A program made the translations under genes and the position numbers. Below are positions 1 to 11,725 of a DNA stretch of 64,000 nt, in pieces (position 1 is the first letter of the stretch; the number at the start of each line of letters is the position of its first letter). The notes below the pieces were generated by a model. That model ran no database searches. It was given only the letters and a program-made list of their open reading frames with translations, and was not told the origin of the DNA. This DNA comes from Naegleria gruberi. Its lineage: Eukaryota. Location: the NCBI GenBank assembly GCA_000004985.1, contig GG738860.1, one strand, 5' to 3'.

Positions 1-539
1 TGCTTCTTGTTTCAGGAAACAAGGAAATGGATTAATAATATTAAATTAAACAATTATTTTCATGCCTGTTTTTGTAAAGCTAATTCATTTACCCGATTAA
101 TTGTCCTCTTACAAAAAGCCCTATTCGAAACCTTGCTTCGCATATCCTCTATCCAATTATCTGACCTGCTCATTACAACATGAGGTTTCAAAATTGATTC
201 CCACAACACAATTCAAACATCATGTTGTCCATCACCACTTAAAACATCTTACTAAAAAATTAAAAGAACCAAGTGGCTTGTTTTTGTGTTATTGGAGAGG
301 ATGAAATCTATTGTTGAGAATCAGGTGATGAGGATCCGATCATCAACATCATTGACTAGATTTTGTATGTTTTGATAATGTTCTTCTTATTGATGGAGTA
401 AATTGTTGGTTTTGTGTGGTTTTATTGTGTGATCAAATTGACTTCCGATCGTTACATGTGATGTTGATCAATACTTGTTGTTGTAACAATAATATTATAC
501 AATAATTGAATTATTGATGATAATTTAAATCATATAGTA

Positions 540-2928
540 ATGATGATGATTGTATTGATTGGTTTTATAAATTGTTTTGGAATGATCAGTGCAATTAAAA
601 TTCCAATGGATGATAATAATTACATGATTGGTTCTGGAATTTATGATATTACAGGACCAGCTGCTGAAGTGGGTTAGTATATTGAATTTATACCAGTTAT
701 AATATTGTAATAATAATACTTTACAAAAAATAGGTATGATGGGTTATGCTATGGTTGATCAAAGAACAAAGGGTATTCACTTTCGTTTGAGAGCTAGAGC
801 TTTTGTTATTGCTGAAAGATTAAATCCAAAGAGTAGAATGGTTTTTGTGAGTGCTGACATTTGTTTTGGAACTCAATCAGTTAGATTGGGAGTTGTTCCA
901 AAATTACAAGAAAAATATGGAGATTTGTACACTTTGGATAATGTTGCTATTAGTGCTATTCACACTCACTCTGGACCTGGTGGATATAGGTTTGTTTCTT
1001 CATTTCAAACTGATTTAATTGATTTGTGAATAGTTTTTATGCAGTTTATGATATGACTACATTTGGATTTGATAATCAAAATTATAAGGCAATTGTGGAA
1101 GGTATCTATCAAGCCATTGTTCATGCCCATGAAAATTTGTCAACTGGTGGACGTATCTATATGAATTCTGATCGTTTATTCTTCAGTAATATTAATCGTT
1201 CCCCAACCAGTTACTTGCTAAATCCACCTGAAGAACGTAAACTCTATGAAATTGATGGAGATACTGACAAGACTATGGTTGTTCTTCGTTTGGAAAATGA
1301 AAATGGAAAGGAAGTTGGTGCCATTGCTTGGTTTGCAGTTCATTGCACTTCCATGAATAATACCAACATGTTTATCAGTGGTGATAATAAGGGTTATGCT
1401 TCTTACATGTTTGAAAAGTATAAGAATGGTAATGATAGCTTCCCTGGGGTTGGTCCATTTATTGCAATCTTTGGTCAATCCAATGAAGGTGATGTTTCTC
1501 CAAACACTGCTGGACCTACTTGTCCTGTAAGTATTGAACATTTCCACAATTATTAACATATGATAATTAGGATGGAATTACACCATGTGCAGCTGATAGT
1601 ACTTGTGAAGGAACTACTCAAAAGTGCACTGGTAAAGGACCTGGTAAGACTGATTATGACTCGACAAAGATTATTGGAAGACAACAATTTGAAAAGGCAT
1701 TGAAATTATATAATGATAAGGCCAATTCAATTGTTTTGAGTGGTCCAATTGACTTTAGACATACTCATCTCAACATGTCTGATATTACTGTTGGTCCAAA
1801 ATATACAAGTACTGGACAAGTTGGAAAGACATGTAAGGGAGCCCTTGGTTATTCATTTGCTGCAGGTACCACCGATGGTCCTGGTGATTTTTCATGTAAG
1901 TTTTTAAAACGATGAGATTATTCTTATATTTTCAAATAGTCAAGCAAGGTGATAACTCAACTAAGGGAAATCCATTCTGGAATTTCGTTTCTAGTTTTAT
2001 TGCTAAACCAACTCCAGAACAAATTTTATGTCAATCTCCAAAACCAATCTTGTTAGATGTAGGATTGGCTCAATTCCCTTATCCATGGGCTGTTGAAATT
2101 AATCCAATTCAAATTATGACTATTGGTCAATTGGTTATTATTCCTGTACCAGGTGAATTTACAACCATGTCTGGAAGAAGGTAAGTTTTTCATTCAATAG
2201 AGCAGAATTGTTTTACACGGCGTTCAAGATTGAGAAATACTGTTTGTAATACATTGACCACTTTAAATCCAAAGAGATTCCCGCCTCAAACAACTCGTTG
2301 TGTCATTGCTGGTTTGTCCAATTCATACACTCAGTATATTGCTACCTATGAAGAATTTCAAGCTCAGAGATATGAAGCTGCTTCCACACTTTATGGACCT
2401 CATACACTCGCAGCTTACCAACAAGAATATGATAAATTGGCCACTGCATTGGCTACAGGTCAACCAATTTCACCAGGACTAAAACCATTGGATCTCTATG
2501 ATAAACAATGGTCCTTCAATATTGGTGTAATAATTGACAGTACTCCTTTTGGTAAAAAGTTTGGAGATTTATATCAAGATGTTGATACTGAAAAAGTTTA
2601 CAAAAATGGAGATGTTATTTCTGCTGAATTCTATGGAGGTCACCCAAAGAATAATTTAATGACTCAAAAGACCTTCTTAACTATTGAAAAATTGAATGAA
2701 AAGAATCAATGGATTTCAATTCTTGTTGATGGTGATTGGGATACTAGATGGCACTGGAGAAGACAATGGTTATCTGAATCTATCTTTACCATTATTTGGT
2801 CAATTGGTGAAACATTCAAAGTTGAACCAGGTATTTATCGTATCCATCATTTTGGTTATTATAAGGATTTGGAACAAAGTGTCTTTCCTTATGATGGAAC
2901 TAGCTCACCATTTAAAGTTGTAGCTTAA
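540..2928 (+). CDS. Neutral/alkaline ceramidase, secreted. Six exons: 540-672, 734-989, 1034-1526, 1571-1895, 1940-2180, 2229-2928, about 715 aa.
   Basis: The ORF-track pieces, joined by hand through GTAAGT/GTTAGT/GTTTGT donors and AG acceptors with 44-61 nt introns, restore a continuous frame. There is an N-terminal signal peptide (MMMIVLIGFINCFGMISA). Ceramidase hallmarks are present: GIHFRLRARAF, AISAIHTHSGPGGY, GDVSPNTAGPTC, NPFWNF, PGEFTTMSGRRLR. Confidence 0.85.
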
Positions 2929-3408
2929 AGTGACACTGTTCCAAAAAAATTTAAAAAATAATTTACCACCAATGTAAATATGTAATACCTCACCTTGCAG
3001 CTTAATAAACATGTTTAGAGAATGAGGTTTAACAAAATTATTGTTGAAAATAATCAAATGTTGTAGAAAGTAAGTTCACTCGTTTGATTCAATGAAATTG
3101 AAATGTTCCCTGCTGATCAAACATATCAATCCAACTCTTAAACTTGTTTTAACACTCCTATCATTGTTAATGAATCACTTGTCAGTGGAATAAAGAAATA
3201 TTCAATCCAAATCTATTGCCAAAATCTGAAACCCCAATCGAAGCTGCTTATTAGATGGCACTCTAATGAATTCGAATTATTCTACTATTTTCGAGAAGTG
3301 TTGCCAGAAAAGTTCTTCTTTCAAAAATTTAATTCAATTTGGTTTCAATCATAAACTCATACTGAACATATCATTTGATGGTAATGTACAAAAATTAAAA
3401 TAATTTAT

Positions 3409-5244
3409 TTAATGGAGTGGAAGCTTGTATTCCAAAAGCATGTCATTTTCTGGGGGTATGGCGATCAAAGCACGCAAAATATTTTCAATAGCAGCTCTTT
3501 GCTTGAACAAGGCATTGATAACTGGAGCATTTGGATTGACGAGTGGAGCCTTGAACAAATAGCTCAAAATACTCATAACAGCATCCATCTTACGGAATTC
3601 CTTACAATCAGCAGATGAGAATTCTTGTTCAACAGATGAAATTTCCTTAAAGGTAACTCTTTCCATAAGTTCAGTCAAAACAACCAAGTCGAGCATGAGT
3701 GGAGTGGCCAAAAGTGAGTCTTCACAAGTATTGTGGAGAACAATGGTATTCTTACCACCCATAAAGATTTCAGAAATGTATTCATCCAAAGCACGCTTAC
3801 TGTCACCAACATATGGAACATACTTGATAACAATACAGTGATCTGGAGCATCAGATTGCTTGTTTGGATAGAGGATATCATTGCTCAAAACCATGTCATC
3901 AACGACACTTTGCTTAGAAACTTCCTTAGATCTGAATTGGAGAGGTGAGCTCAAATTCTTACCATCATTGTTACCCAAGTGGTTGTAAGAAGCAATAGAA
4001 GCAAGCTTCAAACCAGCACCAACGAGGAAATCAGCCAAAACAGACTTAATCTTAGTTTGACCACTCTTGAAATCGTCACCACCAATGAAAACACCATGTT
4101 GTTGAGCCAATTCAACAACACCAGGAACGAAAGTGTTTTGTGGTGAACCATTGAGGTATGAACAACCTTCCAAAATAGAAGCAACACAGTACAAAGTACT
4201 TGGTGACACTTCGGATTCGTTATTCTTAATGCTTTCCATCAATTCCTTAGCAGTAGAGTTCAAATTTTCAGAAACCTTACAGAATCTTTCAGTGTTAGCA
4301 GTCCACAAAACAATAACCTTATCCAATTGGTTCTTTTGTTTAAAATCTCTGATATCACTTCTGATTTGTTCCATTTGCTCGAATCTATGAGTAGCCTTAA
4401 CAAGATTGTTGGCTCTATCGTTTTGGTTAGCAGCAATAAAGTCAGCATCATAAATAGCTGGACGTGGCTTGAATTGCTTCAATTCTTCTTCAAGGGACTT
4501 TTGAATTTCAATATCGAGGACCTTAGCTCTTCTACAAGAAGCATAAATATCCAAATCAGAAATATCCCAACCATCTATTCATCATTAGCAATATTATTAA
4601 ATATTTTCATCGTCATCATAACACAAACGTTCAAAAACCCGTGATGGAAATTTAAAAAGCGAATAAAAGTCCAAATTTGTAAAAAATTTCGGGTGCGCAT
4701 TTTTGGCATATTCAAACGTGGTGACAATAAATTCATAGAAATTATTGAATGATACCATTGAAAGATAATTACTTACCAATGAAGAGGTCGTCTGGTGAAA
4801 CCATAGGAACAACATCCTTCAAAGCAGCATAGTGTTGACCACCCATGTGCATTGTGGCAGATTGTGTAATACTTCCGTACCAGTTAGCAGATTGGACACC
4901 TTCCTTTGTTTCCCATTGCAATTTCCTATAATTATTATTAAATGATGACAAGGATTCTAGATAATGAATAATAATGAAAAAACATACTTCTTATTGGCCA
5001 AAATACCAGCAGTGAGTGTGGAACCATTGTTACCACCCCAACCAACAAGCATAGCACCAACTCTACCAATCTTCTTTTCAGTCTTAAATTCGAGATTAAC
5101 AGTCTTTGGTTCAACAACTAATTCAACAGCATCACCAACAGTCTTTGATTCAGTCTTGTTATAACGATAGACATATTTACTTTGGAAAGTTTCTGTGGTT
5201 TCCTTGAGGTTAGATGATTTCACGGTGATCTTCTTGCTTGGCAT
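3409..5244 (-). CDS. ino1: myo-Inositol-1-phosphate synthase (MIPS). Three exons: 5244-4988, 4925-4777, 4574-3409, about 523 aa.
   Basis: The N-terminal exon carries [16 protein letters not shown]. The middle exon carries [11 protein letters not shown]...[12 protein letters not shown]. The large exon carries [12 protein letters not shown]...LWTANTERF...[10 protein letters not shown]. The exons are joined via GTATGT/GTAAGT donors and TAG acceptors. The ATG was chosen at MPSKK because the ORF-track start is a TTG. Confidence 0.85.
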
Positions 5245-5606
5245 CGTGTATAAATTATATGTGTGTGAGGGTTGTTGAGACAATTCTTTGTGTTTTTCAA
5301 TTATTGCTGATTCATCATTAATGAAAAGGCTTCCGATAGCGACCGATAAAAGTTACAAAAATATTCTTCTTGGACGCGTATGGAAAAATCTTCGCCTCGC
5401 GCCAATGAAACCAATTTGGAACACGCAATTATTGAGGGCAAGACAAAAAAGAGGAACTTGACAATTAAGTGTTCAAACAGGAGGTGGATGGCTATTGAAT
5501 TTAAAAGGGCAATATTGTAAGTGAGGAAATCTTCTTATTGTGTTAGTAAAGATAATCTTTGGTTTAAAAGTTTGGTGGATTTTTCATTTCAGTAATTTTA
5601 AACAAA

Positions 5607-5872
5607 ATGTCTGATTTTAGGGTAGGTTATTTTCGGTTGGTTTAGAATAATTTGAAAATGAAATCTTCTTCTAGTCTTTAAAGCAACATCAACAACAAGA
5701 ACAGTACGAAACTGTTCGTAATGAGGATGAAATTGAACATTCCAAAGTTGATAAATCTCAAACCTCTCAACAACTTCAAGGTTCACAATCCAATCGAAAG
5801 GATTTAGAATCAGAATTGGAGAAATCAAATAAGCCACGAATTGGAGATCCAAATTATCCTTTTGCAAAGTAG
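5607..5872 (+). CDS. Candidate small two-exon gene: 5607-5621 and 5675-5872, about 70 aa, hydrophilic, unknown function.
   Basis: ATG TCT GAT TTT AGG is followed by a GTAGGT donor. A 53-nt intron ends in TTCTAG. A 65-codon open frame follows (SLKQHQQQEQYETVRNEDEIEHSK...PRIGDPNYPFAK*). Codon usage is host-like. It is not in the ORF track because exon 2 lacks a start codon. Confidence 0.3.
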
Positions 5873-6134
5873 TTGATCCTTTGATGTAATTGAAGTGAGC
5901 AATACAATCCCAATTTGATGGAAAAACTCAAATAAATGAAATTAAGAGTTAATAATATTATTGTAAACTATAATTGAAAACGGACTTGTTTGGATTTTTG
6001 CAGAGTGATGAGAGACTTCAATCTCTTCAACAATAAGAAATTTTTGATGTGATAATGGCTACTGTGATTTAAATAATGAAAAAGTAATTTATTGAACAAT
6101 GATTATTAATTTGCAAATTCCCTAATTTTGGTAT

Positions 6135-7310
6135 CTATTCGTCAATTTTTGTTAGTTCCTTTCTAGGAGGTAAATCTTGAGGCATTCTCAAATTCCAAAC
6201 TAATCCCAATTTTTCCATAACCTTGAGAACATTCCATCCAATATCTAGCTCATTGTCCTTAATTGCTAATTTACTACTTCCTGGATAAGCATGATGATTG
6301 TTATGATAACATTCTCCTGCAGTCATAATTTCTTGAATCTTTCTACCCCACAATGATTTCTTTCTCAAGTTGGGCAACGATTCAACATTGTAACCTTGAA
6401 TTGAAGCTCCTTCAACATGATAACTTCTAGATTGTACAGATCCAGAATTGTGAGCATACCATCCAACATAGAAATGTCCAAAAACTGAAATTGAAACTCT
6501 AGCACAAACACCCCAAATCACCCAACCCCATCCACCAATACAATAGAATAAAATAGCATATGGTAATTGTTGAAGCATCCATGTACGTTCCATCCATTGA
6601 ATCACTCTATCCTTTTCAATCTTTTCACCGAGAATTATTTCAGGAGGATGTTTCAAAGTGAGGGAACAACATAGTTGTGAATAGGCATCTTTCCACAAAG
6701 ATTCCTGTTGTCCATAATAAGGATGGCATTGTGATTGACCATTCTTTGGAGCTTGTCTTTGTGCCCAATCTCTCATATCATGTGCTTTCATCATACCAAT
6801 TGGTCCAGCTATTCCCATCAATGTCCCGAGGTGAACCAGAACATATTCCAACCATTTTGGACATTGAAATGAATTGTGTATGAATTTTCTATGCATACCA
6901 AGAGAATGACCAAATAATATGGAAATTCCAGTACTACCAAGAAAAAGACTCAAATTTTCAATCATCAAAGCAGAGTCATACGTGAGAATTGCACCCACAA
7001 GTGCTGACAAGGTCATCCCACCAAACCACAATGCTTTTGAAGGAGTTAGTTTCAACTCACCTTCCAATGCATTACAATCAGGATTGACTGGAATGATTCT
7101 TGGAACTCCAGGTTGATAAGTTGGATGGAACTTGGATTTTTCGCCTTGCACAAATTTTGATTCCAAATTGATTTTGATTGAACTATCATCAGTTGAACTA
7201 TTGATCGAATCAGATAGTACTTGATTGTTATTGATCGAGTAAAATAACCGAGAGAATCTTCCATATGAAAGGAGTTTCTTGGTCTTTATCAACTTGGTCA
7301 ATTGTGACAT
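6135..7310 (-). CDS. Membrane fatty-acid desaturase, acyl-lipid/acyl-CoA delta-9 (ADS/DesC-like) family. Single exon, 391 aa.
   Basis: It has His boxes HRKFIHNSF and GECYHNNHHAYP plus WYAHNSG. There are hydrophobic membrane segments. It starts with a real ATG. Confidence 0.65.
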   Translation of the reverse strand: MSQLTKLIKTKKLLSYGRFSRLFYSINNNQVLSDSINSSTDDSSIKINLESKFVQGEKSKFHPTYQPGVPRIIPVNPDCNALEGELKLTPSKALWFGGMTLSALVGAILTYDSALMIENLSLFLGSTGISILFGHSLGMHRKFIHNSFQCPKWLEYVLVHLGTLMGIAGPIGMMKAHDMRDWAQRQAPKNGQSQCHPYYGQQESLWKDAYSQLCCSLTLKHPPEIILGEKIEKDRVIQWMERTWMLQQLPYAILFYCIGGWGWVIWGVCARVSISVFGHFYVGWYAHNSGSVQSRSYHVEGASIQGYNVESLPNLRKKSLWGRKIQEIMTAGECYHNNHHAYPGSSKLAIKDNELDIGWNVLKVMEKLGLVWNLRMPQDLPPRKELTKIDE

Positions 7311-7921
7311 TTTTTTGAAATATTTTGCATGTGGATTATTATTAATGCATCATAATCGCTATTTTTAATAGTGCTTTATTTCACTCGAAATTATCAATAA
7401 AATTCAGTCAATTCAATAAATTTCAGATGTCAAGAATGATTAGAATGATGAGATTTCTTCTTCTTCAGATTTCATATTCAAATATTAAGAAATCTCGCCA
7501 CTTGCAAAACTAAAATTTAGAAATGGAATTCAAGTTTATCCAACATGTTTTAGAATAGAAACTAATCTTTAAGGTACAATGCATCAGATTAGTTTCGTAT
7601 TTTCTTGAAAAACAAATTATCTTATTTAAGAGTCTTTTTCAATATGTTAATTCAAGTAATCTTTCAATTATCATCGTCGAGTTGAACAACAAGATATTTG
7701 ATGATATTTTAGTACACAATCTTTCAATAGTAAAATTACTTTCTAATTAACTTGTTATTAATAGCTAAATGGTTATTGATTGAGGTGAACTCCAATACAA
7801 GTACCAAAATAACCATGGAAACTCCTCAATCTCATCAATTCATTCCTTTTCATTCTCAAAAGCTTCCAATAATTTATTCTGTAGTGTATTATGTATGAAA
7901 CATCATCTTTTCGTAGATGCT

Positions 7922-7998
7922 CATCCACATTGTAAATATCCTCGATTTTTGAACCCTCACAAATTCTCTCTTTATCGAGGATATTTACAATGTGGATG
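7922..7998. repeat. Perfect 25-bp inverted repeat (arms 7922-7946 and 7974-7998, 27-nt spacer) in the divergent intergenic region between the desaturase and lipase-like genes.
   Basis: catccacattgtaaatatcctcgat ... atcgaggatatttacaatgtggatg are exact reverse complements. Confidence 0.6.
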
Positions 7999-8279
7999 GG
8001 CGAATACAACGTTGCAACAACTAAAATAGCCAACAATGAATTGAGCGCCAACAATTTTTATCGGCAGAGCCTCACATATCAAAGACAAGACTAAAAAAAA
8101 CCGAATCCTTTTTTCTTCGAAGCGTCATCACATTAAAGGACCTCGACAGAAGTGCAGCAACAACACGGCAACAACTTTCAATAGTCTATTATTGGTTTGG
8201 ATTGCATTTTCATAGAATTGTTTTATTATTTATTATTGAGTGGTGGATTGGATAATTTGTTGTGGAGAAGAGAATTATC

Positions 8280-10110
8280 ATGATGTTATCATTTAAAACG
8301 TGTTGGGGTTTGTTGTGTAGCACCTTGTTGCTATGTATGATGCTTTTAGCATCGGAAAGTTCAATGGTGATGGGAGCCTCATCAAAGAATGTACCATTAG
8401 TGTTTCCAGATCGTTTTGTTGTTAATTTCGATGTAACCAACAGAGATGATGGAGAACATCGATTTGAAGGAACAGCCACTGTCTCTAAGAGGGATGATGG
8501 CCATTCCCATATTAGACTTTCATCAAGCACAATCATCAAGGAGATGGTTAGCTTACTAGGTTCTCCTGAAAAGAGGAAACACGTAGAAAAAACAAAGAAA
8601 TATTATTTTGACTCTACCAAATTTGCATTTAGAGAAGTTGTACATATAGAAGGTTCTTCTCCTTCCTCTAGATTAGTTCCTACATCACCATTCGAGTTTC
8701 ACAAGCTTATAGACACTATTGAAAATGAAAATTATTTAATTCCGGATGACATGCCAATATTTGACATGGCTGTAAACAAGATGTGTCCATCTGTTAGCAA
8801 TTTGAGATTATTAGTATTTTTCGAACATCAACATTATGTTTTATGCTTGCAAAAGTCATCACTCAAAACCATGCCAATCATTTCACATATTATCAATAGT
8901 AATTTTATTGTGAAGATTAATAGATTTATTCCTGTGACTGACGAAAGCCAATTATTATCCCTAAGCGCTGAAGAAGAGCAATTCTTCCCAGTCACACCAC
9001 TTACATTCTCAAAGGATGAAAAGGAAAAGCTCTACTTGACCAAAACCAAAACAGATCCTGAGAAGGCTTACATTTTCGATTCCAAATATTCTTGCTCTCT
9101 GTCTTGGCTTAGAGATGATACTGTTTGTGGATCTTTAAAGAGAGGAGATGTTACTGCCCGTCCAAATAGAACCTGTATCTTTTTACACGGAGTAGGTCAA
9201 TGGCCAAACCAAGCTGGTCCACCAGTGAATGATTTCCCAGATTATTGTAAGTAATCAAGCAAATTGCAACATTTCATTTTAATCATCATTCTCAATTTTC
9301 CAAATAATTATTTCAATAGGGGGTAAAGTTTCTTCCTATACACCACAATGTACTGAGAGATGGTTCATTAGAGAAGAAACCAAATATAGAGGTTGGAATA
9401 ATAGTGAACTTCAACACAGCTATTGCTCATTGTCTTTGTGGAACAATACTGGAACTGTTATTAGAGACAAGATTATTTTCACTCACTCTATGGGTACATT
9501 AATTTTGGCAGCTGGTATTCAAAATGGTATTTGTTCGATTGACAAGGATACTGTATCATGGTATGATGTAATGGGTCCTCTTCGTGGATCTAAGGCTTCA
9601 TTGTTTTTGAAGGAAATTTGTGGTATGTATTTATTCTATTTCAATAATTTATTGAACTGTTAATATTTTACAGTGAGAGCAAACACATGGACAGATCCTA
9701 GTATTTATAAAATTGTAGCTGATGAAGGAGGATATTGCATTGGAGGAAACAGTACTGATGTTTATCCTGCATATGGCACACTAGCTCCTGATTTCCCTGG
9801 AATTCAAGATTTAGTCAATTATACAGCTCCTTATGTAACTGGACAAATGTGTGGCGCTTCTGCATATGGCCTTAATTCTATCTATGCCGTTCCTCTCTTT
9901 TTACTGAGCGAATTGGTTGGTTATGGTCAACCAAATGATGGTATGGTTCCAATTCCATCTTGTCAAATCAGTTCCAATAATTCTCTTCAACCAATCTTTA
10001 ATCAATTGTACTATGAAGTTTCTGCTAACCATGCCGATGGCACATGCAGAGATGGTGATGCTTGGTGGGGAAACTCAAAACCATGCTCTTACTATACCAA
10101 TAAAGTTTAA
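8280..10110 (+). CDS. Secreted alpha/beta-hydrolase (lipase/esterase-like) protein. Three exons: 8280-9246, 9320-9622, 9674-10110.
   Basis: Signal peptide MMLSFKTCWGLLCSTLLLCMMLLASESS. The exons are joined by GTAAGT/GTATGT donors and AG acceptors, which restores the frame (…DYC|W…KEIC|V RANTW…). The nucleophile-elbow-like motif FTHSMGTL suggests a serine hydrolase. The family assignment is tentative. Confidence 0.5.
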
Positions 10111-10533
10111 TGTAAATAATATTAAGTAACAATGTTGAAATCTCTTGTTTTGAGTACTCTAATTCCACTATTGGGCAAACTTGAAATAGGATCTTGGCAT
10201 CAGTAAACATCATCCTCAAATACAACAGATATTGACATGTTCGAATACCATAGTAAGAGAATCACTTACTGTAGATGAAAAATTTGTAGTGCAAGAAAGG
10301 ACGCATTCGCGATTGATATACAGATTACAAAGTCCTATTTTTTCGGCTTTTTTGAGCGCGCAAATAAACAAGGACAATCAAGTCTTTAAATAACATCTAA
10401 CGACGTAATTGAATAAAAATTTCAAAAAAAAAATCTGTAATCGTAACCGTGTGCAACAAACGTTCCTGACCAATAACAGAGATTCTCACACTTCAAAAAA
10501 CAAGAACAATAATATTAAGCTTTTTAACAACAT

Positions 10534-11691
10534 ATGAAAAGAGTAGCAACAGTAGGAGCAAAATTCTGTAAATCCCACAAATTTGTATCATCACCAACAT
10601 CGTCTTTCTCCTCCTTGAGTGATTTGGCTGAACATCATGGCATTATTGAAAGTAGCAATGAAGGCGTCGTGATTCCATCAAGTAACAATGAAAGCTCAAG
10701 CGGATTATCACCTCGTAAATTAAGACACGCAGCAACGTGCGATGATTTATCTAACGTTTTTGAAAATCTATCATTGGAAGATGAAGCAAACACTTCATCA
10801 TCATCAATGGATGATTTGTATAATGATGAAACAATTTCCAGCACTTCCACCTTATCCACAACAACAACCATCACCACCACTACCACTACCAATAACTGTA
10901 CCATAGATTCTAAAGAAGAAGAACAAGTAGAATCAACAATTGCTAGCACTCCAATACCGGTAACTGTTACTCGTTCTAAAAAGACCAGAGTTCAAAAAAA
11001 GAAAGTTACCAAGTCTGTAATACCACCACAATCTGAGGTAAACCAAGGAAAGAAAACTATTGTCCTTGATTTGGATGAAACCCTAATTAAATCATTCTAT
11101 CAAGAGCCTGAAGTTTACGATTTTTCGATTGATATTGAATTCCCTCATATGGGAAATCTTATTCAACAACATGTATATATTAAGAAAAGACCTGGTTTGG
11201 AAAATTTCCTCCAAACTTTAGCTGAGAAATTCGAGTTGATAATGTTTACAGCAGCATTGCCAGTTTATGCTGATGCAATTTTGAAACATATCGATCCTAG
11301 TGCTGAATTATTTTCTCATGTATTATATCGTCACCATTGTAATGGTAGTGGAATGTTCCCAGGAAAAGATTTGAGAATTTTGGGAAGAAATCTTGATCAT
11401 ACTCTCCTCGTTGATGATGGTGTGATGAATTTCCTTCAACCAAAGAATGGTCTTTTAATAAAATCATTCAAGGGAGAAGAAGGTGATAGAATCTTGGCAG
11501 ACATTATTGCTCCATTCCTCCTCCAATTAGATGATCCTGAACTTACTGTTTATGAAATCATTGACAAGTATAGAAAGTTTATTGCAGTAACTGCCACTTT
11601 TGATATGGCAGATGCCATCGAGAGATCCCACTACTCTTACTATCTTAATATTAGCTCAACCTCTAAGACATTGTACTCTGTTAGTTACTAA
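10534..11691 (+). CDS. FCP1-homology (NIF domain) CTD small-phosphatase-like protein, 385 aa.
   Basis: It has a DLDETLI (DxDxT) catalytic motif and the HAD-like NIF core (YIKKRPGLENFLQ...LVDD). An S/T-rich N-terminus precedes it. Confidence 0.75.
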   Translation: MKRVATVGAKFCKSHKFVSSPTSSFSSLSDLAEHHGIIESSNEGVVIPSSNNESSSGLSPRKLRHAATCDDLSNVFENLSLEDEANTSSSSMDDLYNDETISSTSTLSTTTTITTTTTTNNCTIDSKEEEQVESTIASTPIPVTVTRSKKTRVQKKKVTKSVIPPQSEVNQGKKTIVLDLDETLIKSFYQEPEVYDFSIDIEFPHMGNLIQQHVYIKKRPGLENFLQTLAEKFELIMFTAALPVYADAILKHIDPSAELFSHVLYRHHCNGSGMFPGKDLRILGRNLDHTLLVDDGVMNFLQPKNGLLIKSFKGEEGDRILADIIAPFLLQLDDPELTVYEIIDKYRKFIAVTATFDMADAIERSHYSYYLNISSTSKTLYSVSY

Positions 11692-11725
11692 TTGAACAAT
11701 AAAACTTGTAACATTAAGAACTTTA

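Noticed and set aside
101-304. Small ORFs in intergenic AT-rich DNA (101-304, 13350-13556, 17567-17758, 23510-23692 and others).
   Set aside because: No start-codon context, splice partners or recognisable protein features. They are consistent with chance ORFs in AT-rich sequence.
5598-5867. 89-aa minus-strand ORF in the MIPS-desaturase intergenic region.
   Set aside because: TTG start and hydrophobic odd composition. The plus strand at the same place has a cleaner two-exon reading with canonical splice signals.
7773-8054. 93-aa ORF overlapping the 25-bp inverted repeat.
   Set aside because: It has a TTG start. The frame stays open because of the palindromic symmetry and there is no coding signal. 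It is reported as a structural element instead.
10635-10949. Antisense or alternative-frame ORFs inside real genes. Examples: 10635-10949 (poly-V), 57515-58132 (L/W-rich, opposite the helicase Q-rich tail), 29329-29529, 30694-31116, 46180-46617, 60475-60750.
   Set aside because: They overlap much longer, well-supported coding frames. They are low-complexity (poly-V/L/E) mirror translations of the codon repeats on the other strand. Many begin with TTG/GTG in the ORF track.
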